NCBI RefSeq assembly: GCF_963921235.1
Contig: NC_086097.1
Span: forward strand, 144,214,001-144,278,000
Length of the DNA: 64,000 bases
Direction: 5' to 3'
Origin: Mobula hypostoma
Taxonomy: Eukaryota
Made by a program: the position numbers and the translations under genes. Positions within the stretch are counted from its first letter, which is position 1. Each line of letters opens with the position of its first letter. This document shows positions 12,732 to 26,914 of the stretch, in pieces. The notes under the pieces are model-generated. The model had not been told where the DNA came from, did no database searches, and saw only the letters and a program-made list of their open reading frames with translations.

Positions 12732-13059
12732 TAGAGAGGAGGTTTTGACAGCCCTTCTGCTCTTTGTATGCACCAATTGTGTAGTGGCTACTCTCTGCAG
12801 GCAGCTGCTGTTAGGAACTGTACAAGAAAATTCAAATGCTTGCGTCAGGGTGAAAACGAAACTAATGGTTTTATCAATACATTTTTAGATCTCATTTCCA
12901 AATCTTTTACAGGTCATTTGTTGTAGCAGCAACGGATAATCTGAGATTTCCAAAAACTTCTAAAAATGGAAGCACAATCTCTAGAAAAGGTCTGCTCTTG
13001 GTCTCCCATTCAGTTAAACTTGTGATACTAATATGCCTCTAAACTTTTCAAAGTTCCAA

Positions 13060-13412
13060 GAGGACCTCCAGCACTCAGGGCATGCCCTTTTCTCACTGGT
13101 ACCATCAGGTAGGAGGTAGGCACACATTCAGCCATTCAGGAACAGCTTCTTCCCCTCTGCCATCCGATTCCTAAATGGACATTGAACCCTTGACACAACC
13201 TTACTTTTTTTAATATACAGTATTTCTGTTTTTGCACTTTTTAAAATCTATTCCATATATGTATATTGTAATTGATTTACTTATTATTATTTATATTTTT
13301 ATTTATTATTTTTTTCTCTTTTATATTATGTATTGCATTGAACTGTTGCTGCTAAGTTAACAAATTTCATCTCACATTCCAGTGATAATAAACCTGATTC
13401 TGCTTCTGATTC
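13060..13412 (+). mobile_element. Rex1-type LINE 3' end
   Basis: accatcaggtaggaggta..ttcaggaacagcttcttcccctctgccatc, ending aataaacctgattctgcttctgatt; an opposite-strand LINE tail follows at ~13410-13640. Confidence 0.75.
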
Positions 13413-16289
13413 AAAGAACGTTTATTATCAAAGTATGTATAATTATGCAACCTCAGGATTTATTTCCTCACAGGCAGCCACAAAACAAAGAAACCCAAAA
13501 GAACCCATAAAAAAAGACAGTCAAACATCCAATGTGCAAAGAGAAAGAAAACAGATCAAGCAAACAGTAAAAGTACACAAAAAGCTTTCGGAATGGAAGT
13601 GAGTTCATAAACATGAGGTCTGGAACAACCAGAACAGGCTTTTATAAATCTGGCCACTCATCTACCCACCTCAGCTGTCTACACTTACTCAATTCCTGTG
13701 CTACGTGCGGCCCAGTATCATAGTGGGACACAGGCCAGTCAGTCTGGCAGATGATGGCGATGGTGAGTGAAATTCAAAAAAAATGCAGATGCTGGAATTC
13801 TGAACTTAAAATAGAAAATACTGGAAATTCTCAGATGTTCAAGCCACAGTTGTGGAAAGAGAAACAATTAATGATTCACGTCGAAAGCCCTTTACCAGAA
13901 TCAGGAAAGAGAGGAAAGAAATTTGCTCGCAGCAAAAGAGAAGATGCAAAAGGAATAGTTGAATAAAGGGAACACCATTAATGGAGTGAGACCAAATCAC
14001 TTTATGTGGCAATTCAACAGTGGATTATAATTGTTAGCATTGATGGTAAATGAGCGGAGTGTAGAATGGAGAGAGTGGAGCTTGTGTTCCCGCTGTGGAT
14101 GGCGTAGTGGTGAAATGCTGAGCAATAAAAATTGAGGCTGATAAATACAGCTGTATGCCAATGAAACTGAGACAATCCTTTAATTGACATCATTTCACTG
14201 ATTTGCTGATGCACCATGGCACCATGCTGTGGCTGATCATTATACTGTTCTGTTGTTTTCACTCATTGCTGTATTTATTGCTATATTTATTCTTACCACG
14301 TACACTGCTTACTCTCTGAACAAGCAGTTGTATTGTACCCTAGGATATGGAGTAATAAACTTATCTGAATCTGAAGCATTTGCTCTTTGTTTTAGTGACA
14401 TAAAAACACAGGGCATTGGTCGAGCCTTTAAAATCCATTTTCCATAGTGGAAATTGATGCTATGCATTCAGTGATGTCATTACATACATGCCAGATGATT
14501 GCTAATCAACCCAGAAATTATTACCAGCCTGATCTAAAATGGCTTTTATGCTGGACTTTTTGCCAATATTAGCTCAGGACTTGAGGGCTTGAAACAATAT
14601 AGCACAAGTTGCGATATACAGCTAAGTGTTAATTTCCCTTTATTAATTTCCATCTGGCAGACTTTAAGTGAAGAAGAGAGAGAATCACAAAAGAAGAATG
14701 ACTCTGTATGCAGAAGTAACTGAATTTAAGACTGGGAGAGGTTTACAGGTGAGTGTAAACTCAGAAGTATACATCAGCTCACTTACTGAAATGGAATGCA
14801 AATGTCACCATTGTCACTATGGAAATGTGGAACCTGTTTGTCAAAATATTAATAGCTCTTTAACAGAGAGAAAAAAAATTCCAATAGCCACAAAAAAGGC
14901 GAGTAGCTGAGAGAGAAGAAAGAATGTGAACTAAATCATGCGTCAGGGATAAAGAAACATCTGAAATTCAAGGAGAGGCCATTTGGGTGGAACAAGATCA
15001 GAACCATAAGATTAACATTAGATCCATATCAGAGAACCAATTAGGTCAAAGAATATGTTTAAGAAAGAAGCCTAAAACATCACAATTCTAGAAAGAGGTG
15101 GTAATAGGGATGAATAGATAATTAGGCAAGGTATAAGCTTGTACTTTTTAATACTGTAGGATTTATAACTTGAATTGCATGGTGTTCTTTAGTTCAACTC
15201 AGTGTGGTTGAAAACAAGCACTCAGCAGAGTGACACGTGTTGTGAACATTATAGGGTCATTTTGAGCTGCTCTTGAAATTCAATCTAGCACTTCTCTGTT
15301 TGAATTGTGCTTGGACCTATAACATGATTTCAGCATTAGGCATAAAGCAGATTACAAATGAGACTGGAAAACTTAACTTATTCTATTTAAGGGATATTGG
15401 TGGACACAGTGCTTATCAAAATGTCCACCTCAGATCCAGTCCCATTGTAGACTATGATTAAGTAGGGTATCACCTTCTTTGCAATCTTATTTGCAGCAAT
15501 ATCGCACCTCACCCCTAAAATTTTGTTTTCACAGCACAGCATTGAACCTCTGGCCCATCCCACACCAATCCCCTCATCTCCATCAGAAAGCACCAACACA
15601 ATCTCCTTCCAGTCTTCCGACAATTAGTCCATGTCACACCCCTAAGGTCCCATATGGAATGAAAAGTCACATCCAATTTAAATCACCTCACTTTAGGAAG
15701 GATGTGAATTTCCACATGAGAATGCAGAAAAATCCCAGGGATAAGGGATTTTACCCACAGGATTAAAGTGAAGGAACTGAGGTTCTCCTCCTTTGGACAA
15801 AGAAAGGTATGAGGGTGGGTTGGGGGATTGGAAACAGGGTGGTATTGTTAGACAGCAGTCACTGAGTAATGATTGATTTCCATGCAACAAATGAGGAATA
15901 TGGGGAGTAACTGTTCCCATTATCAGATGATTTGGTTTTGGGGGCAAAAGATACTAGGAAAATGTATGATTTTTGTATATGCAGATGTTTAATAATCTGC
16001 AGCTCATAGCCTGAAACAGAACAAATCAGGACCTAAAAGAGAAAGCTGAATAGGCATTTGAAGGAAAATACTCTTCAGGGCTTAGTGGGAAAAGTAGGAG
16101 AATGGGACAGATGGGATTGCTGTAATAGGACTTGATGGGTTGAGTGTATTTCTTAACTTCTGTACTTGTTTTCATTTTTCATCATTTAGGCATTACTGGC
16201 TGGGCTTGTATTTATTGCCCACTCCAAAACACTCTTGAGTAGGTAGTGGTGTGGCATCATTAGACATGATACATTGAAATAGAGAATAA

Positions 16290-17673
16290 AATTATACCTG
16301 TGCAAATCCCTACAGCATCTGGTGACCCAGTGATCTCTGTCTCAGAGGTCAATGTAAGAACTTCCTTCACTCTCTTGAAAGAAGGTGACAGGTCCTGATG
16401 GTGCTCCTAGCTGGGTGCTGAAAACCAGCATTAACCAACTAGCAAACAAGACAAAACCTGCAGATGCTGGAAATCCTAGCAACACACACAAAATGCTGGA
16501 AGAACTCAGCATCTATGGAAAAGAGTACAGTCAACGATTTATGTCAAGACCTTTCAGCAGGACTGTGGAAAGGCAGAAGTTTTTAATGATGTGTAAGGAC
16601 GTCTTTAGCCTTTCATTACTGCAGTCTGAGGTACTCATCTGCTTCAAATGGGCACCAATCATACTAATGATTGGTTTCAATAACTATTGATCAGTAGTAT
16701 TCAATCTACCATAATGAAGTGCTTCAAGAAGTTAGTTAATTAACTCTTGCCTGAGCAAGGTCTCGAGCAGGTGCAATCTCACTGGCTCCCAGTCTGCTCT
16801 GGAGTAATTAGACAACAACAGAAAATACATAGGCTGTTGTTTATCAATTAGGTACTAGTCACTGAACTTCCAATCTTGGGTCTCTGTACCCTCCTCTGCA
16901 ACTGGATCCTCATCTTCCTCTTTGGGAATCCACAATTAGCATGGATCAATGATAACATCTCTTCGCTGGCAATCAACACAAGCACACAGACCAACTGCTT
17001 GCTCTGCTCTCTCTACACTCACGATCATGTGGTTAACCACAGCTCAGACACTACTCATAATTTTGCAGATGACACCACTGCTGTTGTCAACAAGGACGAG
17101 TACAGGAGTGAGATGGATCGGCTGGTTGACTGATGTCGTAACAACAACTTCTCACTCATCACCAGCAAGACCAGGAAATTAATTGTGGACTTCAGGAAGA
17201 GGAAGTCAGGAGACATGCACCAGTCTTCACTGAGGGCACAGCAATGGAAGGGGTGAACAGCTTTAGATTCCTGGCTGTCAACATCTTCAAGAATCTGACC
17301 AGAGCCCACCACAGCGATGCAATCATGAAGAAGGCATGCCCGCAGCTCCACTTCGTTGGGTGTTTCAGGATATTTGGAATGCCACAAATTTCTATACGTG
17401 AACAGTGGAGGGCATTCTGACTGGGTGCACCATAGCCTGGTATGGAGGCTCCAATGCATAAGATTTCAAGAAGCTGCAGAGAACTGCATACACAGCCTTC
17501 TCCATTACGGGTACAACCCTCCTCACCATCGAGGGCATACTTAAGAAGTGGTGCCTCAGGAAGTTAGGATATATCTTTAAGGACCATCACCATCTGGGAT
17601 GTGATCACTTCTCATTATTACTGTTAGGGAAGAGGCATGGGAGCCTGAAGACGCACACTCAATGATTCAGGAA
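16290..17673 (+). mobile_element. Rex1/Babar-type LINE, degenerate RT
   Basis: GPDGAPSWVLKT, LCNWILIFL and FADDTTAV motifs; its 3' end resumes at ~21167 after a CR1 insertion. Confidence 0.8.
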
Positions 17674-20600
17674 GAAATAAAGGAACTATAGGTAAGTAGC
17701 CTATCAGACAGGCAATTCTGTGGACGCAGGAAAGAAACAGGGATGGTACTTTGCCTCCCAGGTACTAGGGTCCAGGATTTTTCTGATCGCGTTCATGATA
17801 TCCTGAAGTGGGAAGGTGAATAGCCAGAGGTCGTGGTACATATTAGTACCAACGACATAGGTAGGAAAAGGGAGGAGGTTCTGAAAACAGACTACAGGGA
17901 GTTAGGAAGGAAGTTGAAAAGCAGGACCGCAAAGGTAGTAATCTCGGGATTACTGCCTCTGCCACGCAACAGTGAATATAGGAATAGATTGAGGTGGAGG
18001 ATAAATGCGTGGCTGAGTGATTGGAGCAGGGAGCAGGGAATTAGATTTCTGGATCATTGGGACCTCTTCTGGGGCAGGTGTGACCTGTACAAAAAGGACA
18101 GGTTGCACTTGAATCCAAGGGGGACCAATATCCTGGCGGGGAGGTTTGCAAAGGCTATTGGAGAGAGTTTAAACTAGAATTGTTGGGGGGTGGGAACCGA
18201 ACTGAAGAGACGGAGGAAGAGGCTGTTGGCTTACGAATAGAGAAAGCTTGAAGACAGTGCTAGAGGGAGGATAGGCAGGTGATAGAGAAGGCATGTGCTC
18301 AGACCGATGGTTTGAGATGTGTCTATTTTAACACAAGAAGCATCATGAACAAAGTGGATGAGCTTAGAGTGCGGATCAGTACTTGGAGCTATGATGTTGT
18401 GGCCATTACATAGACTTGGATGTTTCAGGAGAAGGAATGGTTACTTCGAGTGCCATGTTATAGATATTTCAGGAAGGACAGGGAGTGAGGCAAAAGAGGT
18501 GGGGGGCATGGCACTGCTTATCAGAGATAGTGTCGTGGCTACAGAAAAGGAGGAAGTCTTGGAGGGATTTCTACTGAGCCTCTGTGGGTGGAAGTTAGAA
18601 ACAGGAAGGGGTCAATAACCGACTGGATGTTTTTTATAGACCACCCAATAGTAATAGGGACATCGAGGAGCAGATAGGGAGACAGGTTCTAGAAAGGTGT
18701 AATAATAACAGAGTTGTTGTGGTGGGAGATTTTAATTTCCCATATATTGATTGGCGTCTCCCTAGACCAAGGGGTTTAGATGGGTGGAGTTTATTAGGTG
18801 TGTTCAGGAAGGTTTCCTGACACAATATGTAAATAAGCCTACAAGAGGAGAAGCTGTACTTGATCTGGTATTGGGAAATGTACCTGGTCAGGTGTCAGGT
18901 CTTTCAGTGGGAGAGCATTTTGGAGATAGTGATCACAATTCTATTTCCATTACCATAGCATTGGAGAGGGACAGGAACAGACAAGTTAGGAAAGCATTTA
19001 GTTGGGGATTAAGGGGAACTATGAATCTATCAGGCAGCAATTGGAAGCATAAATTGGAAACAGATGTTCTCAGGGAAATGTACGGCAGAAATGTGGCAAA
19101 TGTTCAGGGGATATTTGCGTGGTGTCCTGCATAAGTATGTTCCAATGAGACAGGGACAGGATGGTACGGTACAGGAACCATGGTGTACAAAGGCTGTTGA
19201 AAATCTAGTCAAAGAGAAAAGAAAAGCTTACGAAAGGTTCAAAAAACTAGGTAATGATAGAGATCTAGATGATTATAAGGCTAGCAGGAAGAAGCTTAAG
19301 AATGAAATTAGGAGAGCCTGAAGGGGCCATGAGAAGGCCTTGACGAGCAGGATTATGGAAAACACCAAGGCATTCTACAAGTATGTGAAGAGCAAAAGGA
19401 TAAGACGTGAAAGAACTAGATCAATCAAGTGTGATAGTGGGAAAGTGTGTATGAAACCGGAGGAGTTAGCAGAGATACTTAATGAATACTTTGCTTCAGT
19501 ATTCACTATGGTAAAGGATCTTGGTGACTGTAGGGATGACTTACAGTGGATTGAAAACATTGATCATATAGGCATTAAGAAAGAGGATATGCTGGAGATT
19601 TAGAAAGCATCAAGTTGGATAAGTCTCCAGGACCGGATGAGATGTACCCCAGGCTACTTTGGAGAGCGAGGGAGGAGATTGCTGAGCCTCTGGCAATGAT
19701 CCTTGCATCACCAATGGAGGCAGGAGAGGTTCCAGATGATTGGAGGGTTGTAGATGTTGTTCCTTATTCAAGAAAGGGAGTAGAGAGGGATCAGTGAGTC
19801 TTACTTCAGTGTTTGGTAAGCTGATGGAAAATATCCTGAGAGGCAGGATTTATGAAAATATGGAGAGGCATAATATGATTAGGAGTAGTCAGCATGGCTT
19901 TGTCAAAGGCAGGCCATGTCTTATGAGCCTGATTGAATTTTTTGAGGATGTGACTAACTAAACACATTGATGAAGGTAGAGCAGTAGATGTAGTGTATAT
20001 GAATTTCAGCAAGGCATTTGATAAGGTACCCATGCAAGATTTATTGAAAAAGTAAAAAGGCATGGGATCCAAGGGAACATTGCTTTGTGGATCCAGAACT
20101 GGCTTGCTCACAGAAGGCAAAGAGTGGTTGTAGACGGTTCATATTCTGCATGGAGGTTGGTGACCAGTGGTGTGCCTCAGGGATCTGTTCTGGGAACCCT
20201 TCTCTTTGTGATTTTTATAAATGACCTGGATGAGGAAGTGCTGGGATAGGTTAGTAAATTTGCTGATGACACAAATGTTGGTGCTGTTGTGGATGGTGTG
20301 GAGGGCTGTCAGAGGGACATCGATAGGATGCAAAACTGGGCTGAGAAGTGGCAGATGGCATTCAACCCAGATAAGCGTGAGGTGGTTCATTTTGGTAGGT
20401 GAAATATGATGGCAGAATATAGTATTAATGGTAAGACTCTTGGCAGTGTGGAGTATCGGAGGGACCTCGGGGTCCGAGTCCATAGGACACTCAAAGCTGC
20501 TGTGCAGGTTGATTCTGTGGTTAAGAAGGCATACGGTGTATTGGTCTTCATCAACCGTGGGATTGAGTTTAACTGCTGAGAGGTAATGTTACAGTTTTAT

Positions 20601-21164
20601 AGGTTGCTGGTCAGACCCCACTTGGAGTACTGTGCTCAGTTCTGTTCACCTCACTACAGGAAGGATGTGGAAACTATAGAAAAGGTGCAGAGTAGATTTA
20701 CAAGGATGTCGCCTGGATTGGAGAGCATGCCTTATGAGAATAGGTTGAGTGAACTCAGCCTTTTCTCCTTGGAGCAGCGGAGGATGAGAGGTGACCTGTT
20801 AGAGGTGTATAAGATGATGAGAGGACTTGATCGTGTGGATAGTCAGAGGCTTTTTCCCAGGGCTGAAATGGCTAACATGAGAGGGCACAGTTTTAAGTTG
20901 TTTGGAAGTAGGTACAGAGGAGATGTCAGGGGTAAGTTTTTTATGCAGAGAATGGTGAGTGTGTGGAATGGGCTGCCGGCAACAGTGGCGGAGTCGGATA
21001 CGATAGAGTCTTTTAAGGGACTCCTGGATAGGTACATGGAGCTTAGAAAAATGGAGGGCTAGGGGTAACCTTAGGTAATTTCTAAGTGAGTACATGTTCT
21101 GCACAGCATTGAGGGCTGAAGGGCCTGTATTATGCTGTAGGTTTTCTATATTTCTATGTTTCTA
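17674..21164 (+). mobile_element. Long CR1 LINE: ORF1 esterase end plus complete but broken ORF2
   Basis: 17833-18177 VHISTNDIG..VVISGLLP..RFLDHW..LYKKDRLHLN (SGNH-esterase ORF1); endonuclease GDSDHNSI; RT KSPGPD, SQHGFVKGR; C-terminal LVRPHLEYC; (tttctat)n tail. Many stops and frameshifts. Confidence 0.93.
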
Positions 21165-22317
21165 AATCCTTCCCTTCTGCCATCATATAAAATAGTGATA
21201 ATAAACCTGATTATTATTCCAGTTATAAATGACATGCTAGACATTTGTTTAATATTCAGCCACATTTCAATGAGCCTGGAGTTATGCACAGACCGGGTAA
21301 CAACAGTGGGTATCATTCCTGAAGGATATTGATCGACAAGATAAGGTTTTAATGACAATCCTGTAGATTCATGATTGCCTTGACTGAAGCTAGTTCTGTT
21401 TTCAACTATTCCAGACCATTTAGCTACCTGAATTAAATTCCATAGCTGCTGTCTTTGAAATTGAATTCATATTCCTTATTTATTAGTTCATGCCTTTCGA
21501 ATACCTGTCTGGTAATTTGATACTACAGGCTGGGATAGACGTACATGAGTTTTGTTTCCTTAACCTGAGATGAATTAGTTTAGGACAACTAAAGAAATGC
21601 AGATACTCACTGACCTAGTGTGTACTCCTGTCATATTTAGTTTCTCTTCTAGCAATGACAAACTTTCTACTAGACTTCTAGAAAGCTACATTAAAACAAT
21701 TTGAAGCTCAGCTCACTTTAAAGTTCAATTTATCGACATAATCCAATGATCAGTTTCCAACAATGTGGTGTGACCTGAGCAGAAGCAAGTGTTGGACACG
21801 GGAAGAGTGAAATAGGAACAAGCTTGTTCCAGTCTTTCTGATTCCCAGGTCTTGCTCAACCATTGAAATTATCCCCTCTTTTTCCAGAAATCTCTTACTT
21901 AGAAGAAGTAGTTTGCCAAAGGGCCTGTGCTGTGCTTATCTATTCTATGTTCTATAGGTAGAGTTTAAGGGTCGGCACAATATTGTGGGCCGAAGGGCCT
22001 GTACTGTGCTGTACTATTCTATGTTCTATGTACATTTATTTCAAATCTACAGTATATTAAAGACATGGTTTCAGTCACTGAGAAACAAGGTGAAATTTTC
22101 TTATTTGGTGTTTCAAGTCTAAGTCTTACATGAGAATATTAATTTGTTAACATTTTGATCTTTCTCCTTTAATGTCAGACTCTCCTTATCCACCATAGCT
22201 AATGCACCCCCATACCCACATCCAAAAGCAAAATGCTGCTGATGCTGGAAACCTGAAACAAAAGCAGAAAGTACAAGCCAGATAGCAAATATTAAGAAAG
22301 TAGGAGCTGACACTTCA

Positions 22318-22711
22318 TAAGAACATAAGGAATAGGAGCAGGAGAAGGCCAGCCATCTTGCCCATTGAGTCTGCTGCACCATTTAATAAGGTCATGGCTG
22401 ATCTGGCCATAGCCTCATCTCCACCTACCTGCCTTTTCCCCATGAGCCTTAATTCCCCTACTATGCAAAAATCGATCCAACCTTGTCTTCAATAAATTTA
22501 CTAAGGTAGCCTCTACTGTTACATTGGGCAGAGAATTCCACAGATTTGCCACTCTCTGGGAAAAGCAGTTACCCCTCATCTTCGTCCTAAATCTACTCCC
22601 TCGAATCTTATGTCCCCTAGTTCTAGTCTCACTTATCAGTGGAAACAACTTTCCTGCCTCTATATTATCTATCCCTTTCATAATTTTATATGTTTCTATA
22701 AGATCTCCTCT
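22318..22711 (-). mobile_element. CR1 LINE 3' end
   Basis: ORF 22415-22681 TRTRGHK..FSQRVANLWNSLP; cataagaacataag tail. Confidence 0.88.
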
Positions 22712-22947
22712 AAAATCTTCACGTTAGGAAAATGCTCATTCTGAAGATCTCAAAGATCATCCATGTGAAGTGTCAACCCAGTTTGTATCTCTACTGATGG
22801 TGCTTAACCTGCTGAGATTTCCCAGCATTTTCTGTTTGTCCTTCATTGCCACATAAGCTGCTCCTGTGATTACAACAGGATTCCATACCTGGGAATTGTT
22901 CCTAAACCAAACAATGTCATAGGGGCAGTCATGGCATTCAGATGTTG

Positions 22948-23167
22948 AACACAAAAGATTCTGCAGATGCTGGAAATCCAGAGCAACACCAAAATTCTGG
23001 AGGAACTCAACTGGTCAGGTATCATCTATAGAAGGGAATAAGTAGTTGATTTTTTGGGCCAAGATCCTTCATCAGGACTTGATGAAGTGTCTTGGCCTGA
23101 AATGTTGACTGTTCCTTCCCCTCCATAGATGCTATCTGATCTGCTGAATTCTTTCTGCATTTTGTTA
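22948..23167. mobile_element. Palindromic (fold-back) Penelope-derived element
   Basis: Inverted arms centred at ~23077 (ccttcatcaggacttgatgaag), each arm with a degenerate TGATGAAG...GAAA core. Confidence 0.65.
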
Positions 23168-25059
23168 GTGGTGAAGACGATTGATAGCCTTGAAATTCAT
23201 TCACATAACCCAAAAAATAAGCAGTTCTATGTGCTTAGAAATTAACCTAGGTAGACCAAATTTATACATATCGTATTCCTGAGTAATTCATTATTTTTTA
23301 AGAAATATGACCACTAGCAGAAAGCTATTTATTTGCTTCAACACTCTTTCCCAACATAAAACATCCCATCACAATTCCTCAACATACAGAATTTGTCTCC
23401 AATAAAATCATCAATTTCACCAGTCTGAAAAATCTACATTGACAATTAGGTTTTATTAACCTGATTTCCATGAAATCATTATGTTTAAATGGTTCAACAC
23501 TCCATCTAAATTCTGCCCTCACTCAGATCTTCCTACACTCTCTAATGCAGCCTTACATATGTACCTGGAATATTCTATCCTTCAAAGTCACAGTCATGGT
23601 CATTTCCAATTTCCAAGCCTCAGGCTTAATCCAGTCTCCTTCCTAATCCAAACATTTCATGGCTTGCCGCTATCTGCTGCTTTAGAGAAATTACAGACTC
23701 ATTCTCACGGATAAGAGAATTTGTTATTTATTCACCCCACAGGAGCAAGAAAGGTGGGTAGGGGCACTTTCCTGCACTGCATGTTTCCCCAAACAACAGG
23801 TATTCACAGAGGTCACTGGTAATCTGTTACATGGAAGGCCTGGCTGCAGCCCTGAACATTCTCCAAGGCCCACTGATGCAGATAGAATATCTTTCTGGTT
23901 ATTGCTCTCTTGCAGTCTGATCAGTTACCGTCGATCATCTGGGAGGACTCTCCCAACTTCATCGCATCTTTGCAACCTCCATTATTTCATCTGGAACACT
24001 CCCTAGTGACGGGAATGGTGTTGCTTGCATGATGGCAAGTCCCTTTAAAGGCAGGGATTGGAGAATATATCTGCTTTTCTAGATGCTGGCAGTTAGAAGA
24101 AATTACAAGACAATAGATAGAGAATATCATAATAAAGCTGCAGTCAACTTCAACGTGGTGTTATATAGAGAAATGTAACATTTCTACTCTTTGAACTTTG
24201 CATTTGAAGGACATGTTCATCATATGAATTTTCCAAATAAGATTCAAGTGATATTTTTTACTGTTTTTATGTCATTAAAAGGTTGTACAGTAATTTCTGG
24301 CTGAATGTCTAAACCAATAAAAATTTTATTTTTTATTAAGTATTTTTCTTTCTCTTGGATGGCATTGAGATTCAAGCGGATTATTGGAGGAATATCAAGC
24401 CAGCTAGGTTTTATTCTGACTTTTATTAGATGCATGGTGTGAGGAACAGTCAGCTCACTTGAGGCAAACCTTTTGAAGCCCGTTCAGAGTGGGACTCCAG
24501 TGATCATTACATACATTAGGACATCCACGGTTGGACAGGCTACTGAAAATAATTCCTTAAAATTGCTGGACTAATTGCAGGATTTTATTTCCAAATAGAT
24601 AAATGGTCTTTCACTGAATCATTTACCAAGTGAGTGATGAACTTGTCCTGTGGCATTGAGCCTGCCCTCTGTTTAGAAATCCTGCTTAACTTGGTGATCT
24701 TAGTCTAAATCTTGAAAGTACCATCATCAAAGCAGGAAGGGTGGGGAACAGATATTTGGACAGAGTTGAAGCTGAGTTCCATCTCCCTAAGGAATCTGGG
24801 TACAATCTTGCATTGCTAATAAACATATATTTATCTTATTTTTAGGAAAACATGTAGAAGGTCATTCATTCAATTAATGTTTTGTCTCTTGGCAAAAGTT
24901 AAGAGGGGGACAAACTTAATGGGACAAATTTAAAAAAAACTGGAAAATTAACTGGAAAGATAGGAAAACGTGGGGGCAATTCATTTCAAACTAGATCCAC
25001 CATGACAACAGTCTTTAGACAAGTTCCAGCAGGTGTTGGAATGGGTAAAATGGCACAGA

Positions 25060-25606
25060 ATATGATCAGTAAAGCTGTTTCTGATCACTGAGTGTGTGTG
25101 CACAGAAGGTGTGGGTGTGGTTATTGAGTGTGTGTGCATGGGTGGGATCACTGAGTGTGCATGCACATAAGTGTGATCACTGAGCATGTGTGATAACTGA
25201 GTGTGTGTTCACATGTATGTGATCACTTGCGTATGATCACTGACTGTATGTGAGATCAAGTGTGCGTGCATTTGTTTGTGATCACTGAGTATGTGTGCAC
25301 ATGGATGAGATCACAGAGAGTGGGTGCACAAGCATGTGATCACTGTGTGTGCACAGGTGTGTGTGGGTCTGATCACTATGTGCATGTGAGTGTGATCACT
25401 GCATGTGTGTGCACAGAGGTGTGTGGGTGTGATCACTGATTACGTGTGCATATGTGTGTGGTCACTGAGTGCATGTGTGTGCACGAGGGACTGGTCACTG
25501 AGTGTGTGTGTGCATGTGGGTGTAATCACTGACTGTGAGTGTGATCACCAAGAGTGTGTGATCACTGAGTGTGTGTGCACAGACGTGTGTGGGTGTGATC
25601 ACTGAC
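25060..25606. repeat. Degenerate minisatellite: ~20 TGATCACTGA-like motifs separated by variable GT-rich spacers
   Basis: Seen directly, e.g. tgatcactgagtgtgtgtgcacag at 25082 and 25559. Confidence 0.88.
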
Positions 25607-26914
25607 CGTGTTGAGTGAAATTGATGAAGTTTATAAGCTTACAGTGGGATTAAATCATTAGTGCAGATTATATACTGGTCTGCAAGTTTGGCCCACTTAC
25701 ACTTGGAAGCGAAACACACACCCACCCACCCAGCAACTTCAGCCCTCTAACGTTTATGCCTGCACATATCTCTAATTGTTTCCTATGATGTTGTCAGTTG
25801 TTACAAGTGGAAAGAAATCTAAGTTCCCACTCCTCCCTCTAAGTAATCTAATTTTTGCTTAAACTGGAATATTTATTAACACATTGATAATGATGTGGTG
25901 CTAGAATATCAATCCTAGCATCCTCCCGTTGCTGAGGGTGGATTACTGCATATTTCAGTAATGCACAGCCAATTCTGGGCATATTGTGTTGTGTGGGCAT
26001 GAGCTGGATTCTCTTTGTAGCTGTTCATTGTTGTTTTTTATTTAGTGCCATAATTTGATTGATTATTACATATAATTAAGTTCACAGAATATTTAGATGC
26101 ATCAATTCATTGCTCAATCTGGGCTAGAAATTAACACATGAACTTCTAGATCTTTAAGCCAACCTCACAATTCAATTAAGTCATGGTGGATCTGTGTCTC
26201 AAATCCACTTCAACACCTACTCACCATCATTTTTGATAGCTTTAACTAACAAAACCCTTAATGAGTTAAGTCTTGAGTTCTTCAGTAGTTCTAGTATTCA
26301 AAGCCTTTTTGATGAATTGATCTTTTAATCATGAGAGGTAAAGGAAGTGAAAACACTTCCTTTCCAATTCCAAGAGTTGGATTTAATTGCAGACTAATTA
26401 ATCACACACAAATCTAATTTCAAGTATGTCATGTATTAGGGCAAAGGAGCCAAAACACAAATATTTGTTCCTAGGCATTAATTGCCTGACTGAATTGAAA
26501 TTGCAGAGCAGGAAGACCACAAGGTATTTACCAATGTGAGATGTTGTAGGCTGCTCTGAAGCCGGGTTATCGTTCATCTTTCAGCCACGTAATAGATCAG
26601 CTTCCTGATTCATTGAAGGTTTCCGAACAATTAGTGAGGACGATTTGGGCTAAATGGAATAAAGTTCTGTACTCAGAGTAGATTTAGCATCAGGCCTGGA
26701 ACTGTAGTTGTTAAGGCCGAACTAAAAAAACATAGGTGACAAAAGTTGGATTTACAAACAGAAACAGCTTATGGTGAATATGTATTTTCTTTTTCATTAT
26801 AGCCCCTAAGTATAAGGATTACATTAAAAGTTAAAAAAGTAGAATTTGATTTAGGATTTCTCTTGGGATTTGCTGCCGTGCTGTATTCATGGAGATTTCA
26901 TGTACCATCCTACA

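Noticed and set aside
25060..25606. CRISPR-like repeat/spacer appearance
   Set aside because: Vertebrate DNA; repeats are only ~10 bp and degenerate, spacers are low-complexity and mutually similar, and there are no cas genes.
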